DNA of 64,000 nucleotides from Deltaproteobacteria bacterium (lineage in GTDB: Bacteria; Myxococcota_A; Polyangia; Polyangiales; Houyiibacteriaceae), in NCBI GenBank assembly GCA_034670305.1, contig JAXMNT010000026.1, positions 1 through 64,000 on the forward strand, written 5' to 3'. The notes beneath the pieces are model-generated. The model was given only the letters and a program-made list of their open reading frames with translations. It did no database searches and was not told the origin of the DNA. Both the position numbers and the translations under genes were made by a program. Positions 9,071-19,188 of the stretch are shown piece by piece (the first letter of the stretch is position 1; every line of letters starts with the position of its first letter).

Positions 9071-10173
9071 CAGAAGAGCGACTCCTGGCCTTCGGGATCG
9101 GGGTCGGACTTCTTCGACTTCGACTTCGCCGACTTCGGCGTCGGCAGCGGACCGACCTTCTTGGGGGTGCCGCGCGTCTTGCCAAGGTGGGTGTAGGCGT
9201 GGCTTGTCGCGATGCGACCGCGGGGCGTGCGGGCGATGAACCCGCGCTGCAGCAGATACGGCTCGTACACGTCTTCGAGGGTGTCGCGCGGTTCGCTCAG
9301 CGCGGCCGCCAATGTCTCGATGCCGACCGGACCGCCTTCGTAGAAGTCGATCATGATCGTCAGGTACTTGCGGTCCATTTCGTCGAGGCCTGCGTGGTCC
9401 ACGTCGAGCCGGTCGAGCGCTTCTTGGGCGGTCGCTAGGTTCAAGCGTCCGTCTCCGAGCACGTCGGCGAAATCGCGCGCGCGCCGGATCAAACGGTTGG
9501 CGATGCGGGGGGTCCCGCGGGCGCGGCGGGCGACCTCCATCGCGGCGTCGTCGTCGACCGGGAACTCGAGCAACCGCGCGCTGCGCGCGATGATCTGTGC
9601 GAGGTCTTCGGGCGGGTAGTAGTCGAGGCGCGCGGCGTAGCCGAAGCGGCTGCGCATCGGGTTGGTCAACAGGCCCGTGCGGGTGGTCGCGCCCGCGAGC
9701 GTGAATGGATGGAGCGGCAACGAGAGCGTCTGCGCGTACGGACCGTCGCCCTGCACGATGTCGATGCGGAAGTCTTCGACCGCCGTGTAGAGGTTCTCTT
9801 CGACCACCGCGGGAAGCCGATGGATCTCGTCGATGAAAAGAATGTCGTTCGGCTCGAGCTTCGTGAGCAACGCGGCGAGCTGCCCCTTGTGTTCGATCGC
9901 CGGTGCGCTCGCGGAGTGCATCGCCACGCCGCGCTCCTCGGCCAGGATCATGGCGAGGGTGGTCTTGCCGAGACCGGGCGGCCCGCAGAAGAGCACGTGG
10001 GGCGCCGGGTCACCCCGCTTGCGGGCGGCTTCGACGAACACCCGGAGGTTGCCCTTGATCTTCTCTTGCCCGACGAAGTCTTCGAACCGCTCGGGGCGAA
10101 GCGAGAGATCGAAGACGTGTTCGTCCGGCTGCGGTTCGCCCGCGAGGTCTCCGTCTCGGGTCTTGTCGGTCAC
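9070..10173 (-). CDS. ruvB: Holliday junction branch migration helicase RuvB
   Basis: LRPERFEDFVGQ, GPPGLGKTT, FIDEIHRL, GATTR, RGTPRIANR, GGPVG, EPYL, RTPRGR. Confidence 0.97.
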   Translation of the reverse strand: MTDKTRDGDLAGEPQPDEHVFDLSLRPERFEDFVGQEKIKGNLRVFVEAARKRGDPAPHVLFCGPPGLGKTTLAMILAEERGVAMHSASAPAIEHKGQLAALLTKLEPNDILFIDEIHRLPAVVEENLYTAVEDFRIDIVQGDGPYAQTLSLPLHPFTLAGATTRTGLLTNPMRSRFGYAARLDYYPPEDLAQIIARSARLLEFPVDDDAAMEVARRARGTPRIANRLIRRARDFADVLGDGRLNLATAQEALDRLDVDHAGLDEMDRKYLTIMIDFYEGGPVGIETLAAALSEPRDTLEDVYEPYLLQRGFIARTPRGRIATSHAYTHLGKTRGTPKKVGPLPTPKSAKSKSKKSDPDPEGQESLF

Positions 10174-10300
10174 GCGCTGGCTCCGAAGGTCGAACCCGGC
10201 CGGTTCGTGTCGAGCGTGTGCGCGATCCGCATCGGAAGGGTCTTGGGTGCAGGACGACAGACGTCAAGCACGACCGGGCAGAGGGATGGGTTCATGTGCA

Positions 10301-10897
10301 TCAGCCGAGGTTCGCCAGCGCCTTGCGCAGACTCAGCGCGAGGTCTTCTTTGGGATCGAGCCCTTCGATCGCGCGCTCCGCTTCGACCCGCTTGTAACCC
10401 ATCTGCACGAGCGCGAGCACGACCCCCGCGAGTGGACCGCTCGGTGCACTGCTCGGCCGGGTGACGTTCGCCACCGGAGCACCCGCGCCGGAGCGCACGA
10501 TGAGGCGGTCTTTGAGATCCAGCAGGATCCGTTCGATCGTCTTCTTGCCCACGCCAGGAATGCCCTTGAGCGCCGCGCGATCTTCGTGGGCGACCGCGTG
10601 CGCGAGCCGATGCGCATCGAGCACACCGAGGATGGCGAGCGCGAGTTTCGGCCCGACGTTGGAGACCCCGAGCAACATCCGGAACGCCGTCTTGTCCTCG
10701 AGCGTCGCGAACCCGAACAACATCAGCGAGTCTTCCCGGGCGTGGGTGTGCACGTGCACGGTCAACGCTTCACCGCCACGCAAGGTGGTGAGGGTGCCGA
10801 GGGGCACGAACACTTCGTAGCCCACCCCCGCGACGTCCAGCACGATGGTGCCGTCGTGCGGAACCTCGACCACCCTGCCCTCGAGCCGGCCGATCAT
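10301..10897 (-). CDS. ruvA: Holliday junction branch migration protein RuvA
   Basis: MIGRLEG, GVGYEV, REDSLMLFGF, VGPKLA, PGVGKKT, ALVQMGY. Confidence 0.96.
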   Translation of the reverse strand: MIGRLEGRVVEVPHDGTIVLDVAGVGYEVFVPLGTLTTLRGGEALTVHVHTHAREDSLMLFGFATLEDKTAFRMLLGVSNVGPKLALAILGVLDAHRLAHAVAHEDRAALKGIPGVGKKTIERILLDLKDRLIVRSGAGAPVANVTRPSSAPSGPLAGVVLALVQMGYKRVEAERAIEGLDPKEDLALSLRKALANLG

Positions 10898-10977
10898 CGA
10901 CCACGTCCCATCGCCCGCGCGTTCAACATCGGGCGGAGCCTACACCAGACTGCGCAGGTGTACAGGCCGAGGCCGTC

Positions 10978-13527
10978 TCACCCGTGTTCTTCGAGGAGAT
11001 CGGCCACCCGGCGGAGCAGTACCTTGCGGCGCCAGGGTTTGGTCAGGGTCTGCGTGGGCACGCCGGTGTCGGCGAGCGCCATGGTGTCGCCGAGGTACCC
11101 GCTGACGATCAGTGCGGCCGGCGGCGGGGCGATCGCGACCATGCGCTGCAGCACTTCCGCGCCGCCGAGGCCCGGCATGATCATGTCGAGCAGCACCAGA
11201 TCGATGGACGCATGGTGGAGCTTCCAAGCCTCGAGGGCTTCTGCGCCACTGGCACAGACGATGACCTCGTAGCCCGCGCCCTCGAGCGTGCGCTGGAGGA
11301 TGCGCCGGTTGCCCGCGTCGTCGTCCGCCATGAGCAAGCGGCGGCCGGTCTTGGCGCTGCTGGGGGGAGGCGGTTCGACCTGCTGCGGGGCCGGCACCGC
11401 GCGCGGCAACCAGATCTCGAAGCGGCTGCCGGCACCGAGTTTGGATTCGACCCGCACGAAACCGCCGTGCGACCACGCGAAGCCGTACACCATGGCGAGG
11501 CCGAGTCCGGTGCCTTGTTCGCCCTCTTTGGTCGTGAAGAACGGCGTGAAGATCTGTGCGAGGTGTTCCTCTGCGATCCCCCCACCCGAATCCACCACAG
11601 CGAGAAAGGCGTAGCGGCCAGGGTCCCGGTCTTCGGGGAGACGCGCGTCGTCCTGGGACAGAGAGACGTGGCCAGTAGAGAGCTCGATCACACCGCCGTC
11701 GGGCATCGAATCCCGCGCGTTGAGGATCAGGTTCAGCACCGCCTGCTCGAGCAGTCCAGGATCCACGCTCACCGGGGTGGCCCCGATGCCCACCGGCACG
11801 AGCTCGTGCCGTTTCATCAGCACCCGGCTGAACATCGGAATCATCTGCGCCACCCGCGCGCCGAGATCGACCTCCTCCACTTCGCGCGGTTGCGTCCGGC
11901 TGAAGGTCAGCAACTGGCGGGTCAACGAGGCCGCGCTCGTCGTCGCCGCGCGGATCTGCTGCAGGGCCGCGCTCAGTTCTTCTGGACGCTCCGCGGCGTC
12001 GCAGTGCACCGAGATCACCTGGAGGATGTTGTTGAAGTCGTGCGCCACCCCGCCCGCCAGTTTGCCCAGGCTCTCCATCTTCTGCGCCTCGAGCAGTCGA
12101 CGCTGCAGCCGCCGCAGCGACTCGCGCGCGTCGCGCAGCTCCGTGACGTCGAGGTGGGTCCCCGTCATGCGGGTGACCTGATCGGTCTTCGGGTCTCGGG
12201 CGGTCACGCGCCCCGTCGAGAGGATCACGCGGTACGAACCGTCCGCGTGGCGGAGTCGAAACACGGTGCGGAAGTCGGGCGTCTCCCGCTCGAAATGCGC
12301 TTCGATCGCGAGGAAGGTCGGCCCCACGTCGTCGGGGTGCAGCAGTTCCCGGAACTGCGAGACGTCCTGCCGGATCTCCGAGGGGGAGAGCCCCACGATC
12401 TCACCCCACTTCCCGTTGAAGGCGGTCTCGCCCGTCAGGGGGTTCCACTCCCACAGGCCGAGGCCCGCGCCTTCCACCGCCCGCTGAAGCAGCCGCTCCG
12501 ACCGCTCGATCCGGCGCTCGGTCTGCGTGCCGTCCACGATGACCCCAGCGAACCCGACCAGCACTCCGTCGAGGTCGCGCACTGCGCGCCCACCCAAGTT
12601 GTGCACATGCCGCCACCCGCCATCCGGTGCGCGCAACCGAAACGACGCGCGGTCGAACTCACGGCCCTGGAGGAGTCCCTCGATTCGCTCCTTCATCGCG
12701 TCGCGATCGTCGGGGTGCACTTCGGTCATGCGGAAGACGTCGAGCCCCGTCGTCTTGTCGGGCACGGTCTCGCCGAGGATCGATCGCGCTTCGTCTGAGA
12801 GTTCGATCCTTCCGTCGGCGAGGTAGATCCGCCAGGACCCGACCCGGCAACGCGCCAGGGTCCGTTCGAGACCCGAGCGCATCAACGCACGTTCGCGAAA
12901 CTCGAACAGGTGGGTCACGTCTTGGACGAAACCGAAGTAGCGATTGGCGTCCGGGCGCACCGGATGCTGCCGCAACCAGCGGATTCGGCCCTCGCTGGAT
13001 TGAACCCGATAGTCGACCGCCTCGAGCGCCTGACCCGCGTGGATCGCGCCCCAAATCTGCCCGAGCCGCGGCTGGTCTGCAGGCACCACGACGGACAGGA
13101 CCGCCGCCTGGGTCAGTCGCTCCGCCACCGGGACCCCGAGCAACTCGAAGAGGTCCGGTCCGCACTCGAACACGGGCTCTGGATCGTTGAGATCGATGCG
13201 CCAGCTCGCCACTTTCCCCGAGAGTTCTTCTCGCGGCAGGCTGGGCTCGAACGACGCCGCGATGGCGCACGCCACCGAACGCAGGACGTCGGGGGTGCGC
13301 ACGTCCACGGTGCCAGGGTCCGAACTCGGTCCGATCGAGTAGCGGATCCTCGGTCCCCGCCTGGGCTCGGGCGCGGTCTGGCCCTCTTCGACAAACCAAA
13401 CGTCCGGCGGTTCGGCGTTCGGATCCAGAGAGGTCTCGAGCCGCCAGCCGAGCTCGTCGATCGCGGCTCGGACGAGGTTCACCCCTTCCACCGTCCCCAC
13501 GACGATTGCGAACACAGGCTGATACAT
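10978..13527 (-). CDS. hybrid PAS sensor histidine kinase/response regulator
   Basis: three PAS/PAC-like repeats, LAGGVAHDFNN H-box, NLILNARD, DSGGG, FFTTK, GTGLGL, C-terminal receiver (ADDD, LLDMIMP, KP). Confidence 0.92.
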   Translation of the reverse strand: MYQPVFAIVVGTVEGVNLVRAAIDELGWRLETSLDPNAEPPDVWFVEEGQTAPEPRRGPRIRYSIGPSSDPGTVDVRTPDVLRSVACAIAASFEPSLPREELSGKVASWRIDLNDPEPVFECGPDLFELLGVPVAERLTQAAVLSVVVPADQPRLGQIWGAIHAGQALEAVDYRVQSSEGRIRWLRQHPVRPDANRYFGFVQDVTHLFEFRERALMRSGLERTLARCRVGSWRIYLADGRIELSDEARSILGETVPDKTTGLDVFRMTEVHPDDRDAMKERIEGLLQGREFDRASFRLRAPDGGWRHVHNLGGRAVRDLDGVLVGFAGVIVDGTQTERRIERSERLLQRAVEGAGLGLWEWNPLTGETAFNGKWGEIVGLSPSEIRQDVSQFRELLHPDDVGPTFLAIEAHFERETPDFRTVFRLRHADGSYRVILSTGRVTARDPKTDQVTRMTGTHLDVTELRDARESLRRLQRRLLEAQKMESLGKLAGGVAHDFNNILQVISVHCDAAERPEELSAALQQIRAATTSAASLTRQLLTFSRTQPREVEEVDLGARVAQMIPMFSRVLMKRHELVPVGIGATPVSVDPGLLEQAVLNLILNARDSMPDGGVIELSTGHVSLSQDDARLPEDRDPGRYAFLAVVDSGGGIAEEHLAQIFTPFFTTKEGEQGTGLGLAMVYGFAWSHGGFVRVESKLGAGSRFEIWLPRAVPAPQQVEPPPPSSAKTGRRLLMADDDAGNRRILQRTLEGAGYEVIVCASGAEALEAWKLHHASIDLVLLDMIMPGLGGAEVLQRMVAIAPPPAALIVSGYLGDTMALADTGVPTQTLTKPWRRKVLLRRVADLLEEHG

Positions 13528-13610
13528 CCGACCCCCTGGACGCGCGGAAGCGCCCCCTGTCAGCAGACTCTACGATGCGAAAGGCACGGGTTCCAGTCTG
13601 GCGCGCCCGT

Positions 13611-14888
13611 TCAAAAGGCCGGCAGCAGCACAGAGACACCAGTTCCCGCGGCGCCCGATTGCACCTCCACCACCCCCGCGTGCGCGCGTGCGGTGCCGAG
13701 CACGACGCTCAATCCCAGACCGCGATGGCCAGGTTTCGTCGAGTAGAACGGCTCGAACATCGACTCGACCGTCGCCGCGTCGAGTGGGCCGCCTGCGCCG
13801 CGCACTTCGATGCACAGGTGGGGCCCGGCGGCGGCGTCGGCCGCTCGGAAGAGGGCCGAGTCGAGGCGCTCGTCGTCCAGGGCCACCGTACGAAGCCGCA
13901 CTTCGACGTTGGGGCGTGCCTCTGCTCCGATGCCCGCGTCGGCGGCGTTGCCCACCAGGGCCGCGACCGCGCCGAAGATGAGTTCCGTCGCGACCTCCAT
14001 CGCGTCCGGCAAGGTGCCATCGGCTTCCACCGACAACTGGCAATCTTTGGCGCTTCCGTCGAGGTCGCGACGGAGCCGTTCGAGCAACGCGTGGCCATCG
14101 AGTTTCTCCCGGACCGCGGGCGTGCCTCCACTGAACGCGAGCAGCTTGCTGCACAGGGTCTCGGTTTGCGCGGCCGCGTGCGCGACGTCTTGGAGCCCCA
14201 CGCGCGTGGCGCCCACGTCCCCGCGTGCGGCCGCGTCACTCGCCTCTCCGACCGCGAACGTCAACACCTGGAGCGAGTTGGCGAAGTCGTGGGCGACGAG
14301 GCCGGCGAGGCGGCTCAGACTGCTCAGCCGCTCCAGCTGCGCGCGTCGTGCCTGCAGCTGCTCGAGCGCCCGCTGCTGCTGCGCCCGCTGCATCACGATC
14401 GACGCGATCGCCGCGCACCGCTCCATCGCGTCGAGGTGGGTGTCGCGGGGTTCGGCGACCGCCGATTCGTAGATGGCGAAGGTGCCCAGCACGGTGCCGT
14501 CGGGGTCGAAGATGGGCTGGGACCAACAGGCGCGAAGGTCGAACCGATCCGCCAGTTCCGTGAAGTCGCCCCACCGCGGATCGACTGAGATGTCTTTCGC
14601 GATCACCCGCTCCTTGAGGAACGCCGCGGTGCCGCAACTCCCTACGCGCGGACCGATCTCGACGCCTTCGATCGCCTCGCAGTACGCGGGATCGAGACCC
14701 GCCGAAGCCGCGTGGTACAGGTTCTCGCCCTCCAGGCGCAGCACGCTGGTGGCGGTCTCCGGCACCGCAGCACGAAGCACCTGGACCAGACGGCCGAGAC
14801 TCTGCGACTCGGTCTCGCCAAGGGCGACGCCTACGAGCACCGACAGAAGATCGTCGGCGAGGGGCGAAGGGGACACGCGGCGCATCAT
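13611..14888 (-). CDS. GAF-domain histidine kinase (divergent HATPase)
   Basis: GSCGTAAF...DPRW...ACWSQPI GAF; VAHDFAN; FEPFYSTK, GLGL; start ATG 14888 or GTG 14876. Confidence 0.8.
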   Translation of the reverse strand: MMRRVSPSPLADDLLSVLVGVALGETESQSLGRLVQVLRAAVPETATSVLRLEGENLYHAASAGLDPAYCEAIEGVEIGPRVGSCGTAAFLKERVIAKDISVDPRWGDFTELADRFDLRACWSQPIFDPDGTVLGTFAIYESAVAEPRDTHLDAMERCAAIASIVMQRAQQQRALEQLQARRAQLERLSSLSRLAGLVAHDFANSLQVLTFAVGEASDAAARGDVGATRVGLQDVAHAAAQTETLCSKLLAFSGGTPAVREKLDGHALLERLRRDLDGSAKDCQLSVEADGTLPDAMEVATELIFGAVAALVGNAADAGIGAEARPNVEVRLRTVALDDERLDSALFRAADAAAGPHLCIEVRGAGGPLDAATVESMFEPFYSTKPGHRGLGLSVVLGTARAHAGVVEVQSGAAGTGVSVLLPAF

Positions 14889-14922
14889 ACCTCGTTGCGA
14901 ACCGTCGATCGAACCTTCACGG

Positions 14923-15849
14923 TCAGACGGGCGGCATGAGCCGCGTCCAGGCGGTCTCGAGTCGGCGCACACGGGCGGATCCGGCCACTTGCAGCAGAGG
15001 CCGGTCGCGGAGAAACCGGGTCTTCGTGACCTCGTCCACGGTGGTCCAGTCGATCCGTTCGACCAGCGCATGGGTGCGGTCGAGCACCCCCGCGAGCGCA
15101 ACGTGCACCGCGGCGTCGAGCGGCTCGGCGAGCGCGAGCGGGTAGATCGCGGTGGCGATCATCGCGAGCTCGGTCATCTCCACCCGGGGCCATCCGTGCC
15201 GGCGCCCGAGCTGGATGAGGTAGCCGACGAGGGCCGCATGCACGTGAAGATCCTCCACGGTGCGGAACGGCTTGAGGTAGTCCTCGAACCCATCGCCCGG
15301 GAGGATCTCGTCGCGGTGCACGACGACGTCGTCGAGGGTCAACTTCGCGTGCGGGATCTCCGGTACGAACGGGGTGGGCGGCAACATCTCGAGCGAGAGC
15401 CCCTCGCGGGACCTCGGGAGCCGGACCATCTTCAGTCGGTTGCGATCGTGATCGTCGAGGCCCTCGCTCACGACGACGACGAGTTCCTCCGCGTGGGTGG
15501 CGAGGGTGACGAACCCCTTCTGCCCCGTGGCGCGGTAGTGGTCGCCGTCTTGGGTCAGCCGGGTGGTGATCGCGCGGGGGTGACTGCCCCCCTTCTCGGT
15601 CGCACACAGCGCGGTGATCACGCCAACGAGCGACGGCACGAGGCTGCCGAGCGCTTCGACGTAGCCGCTCGCGAAGGCGTACCCGACGCGGTCCATCGCG
15701 AAGCCCCCCGCGAACGCCCGCGCCGCCGGCGTGACGAACTCGGGTGTGCGCTGTTTCGCCGCCCACCACGCGTCGACGCTCTCGATGGAGGTCTCCGGAA
15801 GGGGATCCCCCAACATGTGACGCAGCACGTCGACCATCTCGGACGCCAT
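14923..15849 (-). CDS. acyl-CoA dehydrogenase family protein
   Basis: ALCATEKGG, ATGQKGFVT, PEIPHA, GDGFEDYLKPFRTVED; start MASEMV. Confidence 0.75.
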   Translation of the reverse strand: MASEMVDVLRHMLGDPLPETSIESVDAWWAAKQRTPEFVTPAARAFAGGFAMDRVGYAFASGYVEALGSLVPSLVGVITALCATEKGGSHPRAITTRLTQDGDHYRATGQKGFVTLATHAEELVVVVSEGLDDHDRNRLKMVRLPRSREGLSLEMLPPTPFVPEIPHAKLTLDDVVVHRDEILPGDGFEDYLKPFRTVEDLHVHAALVGYLIQLGRRHGWPRVEMTELAMIATAIYPLALAEPLDAAVHVALAGVLDRTHALVERIDWTTVDEVTKTRFLRDRPLLQVAGSARVRRLETAWTRLMPPV

Positions 15850-15967
15850 GAACCTGGTTTGGCACCGCCCAGGAACCAGGGCAACTCGAGCGGGCGCGAC
15901 GTTGGAGCCCGCGACGGTTCGAGTGAAAGTTCTTGCAAGGATTTCGCCGCGCGTGGTTCCAACCCCC

Positions 15968-17035
15968 ATGCGAATCCAAGCCTCTCCTCTCCTCGTGCTC
16001 GCGCTCGCCTGTGGTTCCGCCGCGAACGATCCCCAGGAACCTCAGCACGTCGAACCGGCCAGCACCGAACCCAGCACTGCGATTCACGAAGTCAGCACCG
16101 GACCCACTGCCTCGAATGGCCGCTACGAAGTGCACGAGTGGGGGCTCGTCGACGTCGCGCGGGATGGCACGATCGAGCTGGCCACCGGCCCCGGCCGCCA
16201 GCCCGCGGCCCAGCCCGGCACCCAGGTCGTGCGGCCTCCCGCGGCGACGCGAAAACCCGTCCTGTACTTTCATCTCCTCGAAGGGGAAGTCCAGCTGCGC
16301 ACCATCGCGCGCATGCAGTATGGCGCTATGCTCGAGCGGTACCCGACCACCACGATGAGCGGCCGGGAAGTCACCTGGGAGAACGTGCGGATCGTCGCGC
16401 GGCAGTGTCAGCGCACCAGCTACCCGATGCCCGGCTCGCCCCCCTGCGACAACATCCCCGATGGGTACTGCGAGGCGTCCGAGCTTCAGGCGTACGAAGC
16501 GAGCGACGCGAGCTGTCTCGTCGTCGACGGCCACGACTACAACCACCTCTTCTACCGTGGCGGTGGCACAGGCCTGACGTTGCCGCTGGAGCCCCGGCCG
16601 GTCCGCGACGGACTGAGCGTGCGCAACCACTCCACCCACGCCGTTCCGTTCGTGATTCACATCAGCGGCGGGACAACCCCCAGCGCCCGACGCGACCAGC
16701 CCGCGCGGGAACCACGACGAGTGGAAATGCCCGCGGTCAGCGTCCACCGTTTCGAAGCCGTGGCCGCGGGCAGCGACTCCATCGGACCAAGTCCGATCCC
16801 ACCCCACGAGGCCGTCGCCGCGCTGCGGCGAGAACTCGCCCGCGTCGGCCTGACACCACCAGAGATCCAAGCGTTCATGAACGCCTGGGAGACGCCCGTC
16901 TTCCGGTCACCGAACCTGCGCGAGGCCCTGCTCTACGTGCTGCCCGCCGAACTCGTGAACTCCGTCAGCACGGTCGAGTTCGATCCCGCGCCCACCGAGT
17001 TCAAACGCGCCATGGTGGTCCGCGTCGAGCTGTAA
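15968..17035 (+). CDS. conserved hypothetical lipoprotein (HEWG/KPVLYF/FYRG family)
   Basis: lipobox LALAC; motifs VHEWG, KPVLYFH, LFYRG, GLTPPEIQAFMNAW. Confidence 0.7.
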   Translation: MRIQASPLLVLALACGSAANDPQEPQHVEPASTEPSTAIHEVSTGPTASNGRYEVHEWGLVDVARDGTIELATGPGRQPAAQPGTQVVRPPAATRKPVLYFHLLEGEVQLRTIARMQYGAMLERYPTTTMSGREVTWENVRIVARQCQRTSYPMPGSPPCDNIPDGYCEASELQAYEASDASCLVVDGHDYNHLFYRGGGTGLTLPLEPRPVRDGLSVRNHSTHAVPFVIHISGGTTPSARRDQPAREPRRVEMPAVSVHRFEAVAAGSDSIGPSPIPPHEAVAALRRELARVGLTPPEIQAFMNAWETPVFRSPNLREALLYVLPAELVNSVSTVEFDPAPTEFKRAMVVRVEL

Positions 17036-17192
17036 TCATGCCCAGACGACTTGCTCATACTGCGTATACACTCGTGTAGAACAACCGGCCTAGACATGAG
17101 TCGGTCGAGTTCATATTGAGTATCCGACCATCGTTCCCTCAACGCGATCCCGAATGTTGAGCCGGAGGTTGGCCGCTAGAACACAACCAACC

Positions 17193-19151
17193 ATGCGACT
17201 GCCTAAGCTCAGCATTCTCTCAGTCCTCGTTCTCCTCACCCTCGCGTGCGATGACGACCCCACTCCAGGACTGGATGGAGGGTTGGATGGAGGGGGATTG
17301 GATGGCGATACCCCTGCCGATGCCTCGACGGATGCTTCAATGGCGGACTCCACGGGTTCCTCCACAGACGCAGGTCTTGATGCGCAGGACGGTTCCGCGG
17401 ACATGGATGGGGGCACCGACTCGGGCGCGGATGCGGCGGTTGAGGGGATGGGGATTCGGTGCCTCGTTGCCACTCACTACGCCCCCTCCGACATTGCAAC
17501 CCTCGGTGAACAGAGGTGGTCAATCGCGGGTGATGAGCTGGTCCGCACCGACCTGAGCTTCGATGTCGGAACGACAGAACTCACCGGCGATTTCTCAGAG
17601 CTCCACAGCACCGGCACGTACGTGGCGGTGCGACTTGAAACTGCGGAGGTCCGGGTTCGGGACGACTCTGGTTCGTGGGCCGTGCTCGATGGCGTAGACG
17701 GAACTCTGGGCGGAAGCGGAGCGCTGGTTGTGTCCGACGGAGATCAGTTCTGGCGATGGACAGGCGCGTTGGTCAACATTCCGGGCCCGGGTGAACCCAC
17801 CTTCGCGTTCACTGCATCGGACTCCGACATCTACGCCGGCGCTGACGGTTCCATCTGGCACCACGACGGCACCGCATGGACGGAGACCAGCACCGCGCCG
17901 CTCGCCGTGGCGCCCGGCCCACCGTTGCCGCCCGTAGATTCCCTCTTGGTATCCGCGCCGACACCGACTGGGGACGGTGCGCTTGTGTTCGGGTACACCA
18001 TCGAGAGGTCGTCCACCTATGAGTACGGCGTGGCGGTGTTGCGTGATGGCGTCTTCACCAAGCTCGCCGTTCCACCGGCACTGTTGACGATTCATGTCGC
18101 TGATGGGGGATTGCTTGGTCTCACGACAACAGGGTTTGCGTTCCAGTTGGTGGAGGGTTCTGGCTGGGAGGTCATTTCAGGGCAACGCGGTGCGCTTTGG
18201 GACGCCGGCACCACCTGGTCGGTCGGTTCGGTCGCTGGCATTCACAGCCTCGAAGACTGGGAGTGGGTCCTGAGTCACCCAAGACAAATGCCCTTCTCGT
18301 TGAGTGGCGCTTCGCCGGACACCGGCATCAGTTCCTCATTCGCCTACGGTGTGGTCGCCGATGGCACCGGCACCTCCAAACTCGTCCGATGGGACGATGG
18401 CTGGATCCGGACCGGCGTTGCGGGCCCGTCGGTGGATCGTGGACTGGCGTGGACCCCCGAGAACGTCTTCTTCATGCTGGGTGGCGAAGGCAGTGAACGA
18501 CTCTATCGCTGGACGATGGGCGTGGAAGAATCGCTGGGGCCATTCAACACCAACCGCGTGGTTGCCCATCCCGCCCATGCGTTCGTCCTGGACCGGTACA
18601 GTATCCTCGGCCATCGCGTTCGACGGTGGGACGGACCGGAGAGCGGATTCTCATCGCTCCCCAACCTCTTCTGCCAGGGAGCCCGTCTTGTCACAGCAGG
18701 CACCGATGGGCTCGTCGCCACCGGTTGCGAGAGCGAAGCAAGTGGTCCTTCAGCGCGTTGGCTCGATGCAGATGCGTGGGAGAACATCGCGGCGCTCAAC
18801 CACATCGGCCACGTCGCCGGTCCGGGCGGCACCGCCATCTTCCACGACGAAGCGGCTGAGAACTACCCGACCTTCGACGGCATCGGCTGGTCGACGCTTG
18901 ACCTGAGTTGGGTTGACTCACCCGCCCACGTCGCCGGTCCGGCTTCCGACAATCTGGTGGCGTTCACGGAGGGTCGCGTCCTTTGGAGGAGTGGTGGAGA
19001 GGTCGCCACACTGGACGACGTTCGAATCGGCGCCGTTCACTCCATCAGCGTGCAGACGGATCGGTTCCTCGCGCTCGCAACCCCTCCAGGCTTCCTCACG
19101 CCGGACGCGAGCCCCGCGCTTAGGACGTTCGACTGCAGTCTCGTCCCGTAG
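17193..19151 (+). CDS. hypothetical lipoprotein, DGG linker plus probable beta-propeller
   Basis: LLTLAC lipobox, DGG/DAG acidic linker, repeated W-x-[WH]-DG-x-x-W units; lower GC than neighbours. Confidence 0.65.
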   Translation: MRLPKLSILSVLVLLTLACDDDPTPGLDGGLDGGGLDGDTPADASTDASMADSTGSSTDAGLDAQDGSADMDGGTDSGADAAVEGMGIRCLVATHYAPSDIATLGEQRWSIAGDELVRTDLSFDVGTTELTGDFSELHSTGTYVAVRLETAEVRVRDDSGSWAVLDGVDGTLGGSGALVVSDGDQFWRWTGALVNIPGPGEPTFAFTASDSDIYAGADGSIWHHDGTAWTETSTAPLAVAPGPPLPPVDSLLVSAPTPTGDGALVFGYTIERSSTYEYGVAVLRDGVFTKLAVPPALLTIHVADGGLLGLTTTGFAFQLVEGSGWEVISGQRGALWDAGTTWSVGSVAGIHSLEDWEWVLSHPRQMPFSLSGASPDTGISSSFAYGVVADGTGTSKLVRWDDGWIRTGVAGPSVDRGLAWTPENVFFMLGGEGSERLYRWTMGVEESLGPFNTNRVVAHPAHAFVLDRYSILGHRVRRWDGPESGFSSLPNLFCQGARLVTAGTDGLVATGCESEASGPSARWLDADAWENIAALNHIGHVAGPGGTAIFHDEAAENYPTFDGIGWSTLDLSWVDSPAHVAGPASDNLVAFTEGRVLWRSGGEVATLDDVRIGAVHSISVQTDRFLALATPPGFLTPDASPALRTFDCSLVP

Positions 19152-19188
19152 CGACCACTGAAAACAGAGCGGCGCATTCGCGCATGCG

